The translations under genes and the position numbers were made by a program. The notes under the pieces were generated by a model, which made no database searches, had not been told where the DNA came from, and saw only the letters and a list, made by a program, of their open reading frames with translations. Positions 63,400 through 64,000 of a stretch of DNA of 64,000 bases are shown here, piece after piece (position 1 is the first letter of the stretch; every line of letters starts with the position of its first letter). The stretch spans positions 3,226,001 to 3,290,000 of the forward strand of contig NC_086109.1 in NCBI RefSeq assembly GCF_963921235.1. Reading direction: 5' to 3'. This DNA is from Mobula hypostoma. Its lineage: Eukaryota.

Positions 63400-63740
63400 A
63401 CCAAAGTCTCTCTGAAATAAATCGCCGAAGCTGCTTGTAATAAGCTCTGCCTAATTATGAAGTAAGAGCCATGGATACATGTGTAAGAGAATTGGAGCAG
63501 TGTGGATTGAAAGCGAGATTGGTTTCATTCTCATTTCGTATTAATGGAGCTGTTAGTTCTAATGTGCTGGCGTTGCAGATCTGACTGAAATTCAGGCTGC
63601 CACTAATGAATCCATTAAGTATTTTCTAATGTCCTCCCTTTCTAACTCTCATTACCCGGTGTTAATGCTCTTCAGTCAGCTCCCAGCTGTACTCCTCCAC
63701 TCCAGCATCAGAATTTGCCGTAACGCTGCTGCTGCTGTGT
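63400..63740. promoter_or_regulatory. Candidate conserved non-coding element
   Basis: Repeat-free; many homeodomain-type sites (CTAATTA, ATTAATGG, CTAATGAATCCATTAA); conservation not tested. Confidence 0.4.
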
Positions 63741-64000
63741 GCCCTGGAGAAGAGGCAGTTAGCAATTAGGAAGGTAAATGGTGTGTTGGCTTTTATAGCA
63801 GGACGATTTGAGAACAGGAGTGAAGATGCGGTGCAGCAGTTTTGTTGGGTCCTGTTGAGAGCACCACCTGGAAGACTGTGTGCATGTCAAAGGAGGGATG
63901 CATTTGCAGTTGGGGGAGTGTGGCAGAGGGTCACAGATTGACTGTGTTCTCTCAGGGTTGTGTGGAACTCTCTGAAAACGATAAATGTTTAGTGGTCAGG

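Noticed and set aside
1..64000. Prokaryotic operons, defence systems or prophage
   Set aside because: Low coding density and vertebrate retroelements throughout; many listed ORFs use non-ATG starts

Overview
Repeat-dense eukaryotic DNA, most likely intronic or intergenic sequence from a cartilaginous fish (inferred from the CR1, Penelope-like and V-SINE content). I can support no host protein-coding gene, rRNA, true tRNA or CRISPR array, and most ORF-track entries are retroelement fragments or artefacts. The window is a nested mosaic of decayed CR1 LINEs, Rex1/Babar-like LINEs, one 5'-truncated L1 with a TSD, Penelope-like elements with minimal hammerhead ribozyme motifs, tRNA-derived SINEs, hAT and mariner MITEs, a solo LTR and several tandem arrays. 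It also holds a full-length but frameshifted Ty3/Gypsy provirus (46874-51331, TSD ATGTC). The most interesting feature is that this provirus has no tRNA primer-binding site. Instead, the 16 nt just after the 5' LTR are complementary to the LTR's own poly(A)-signal region, suggesting self-priming and/or poly(A) occlusion. Several repeat-free, TAAT-rich islands look like conserved non-coding enhancers, but this is untested. Boundaries without a TSD are approximate.
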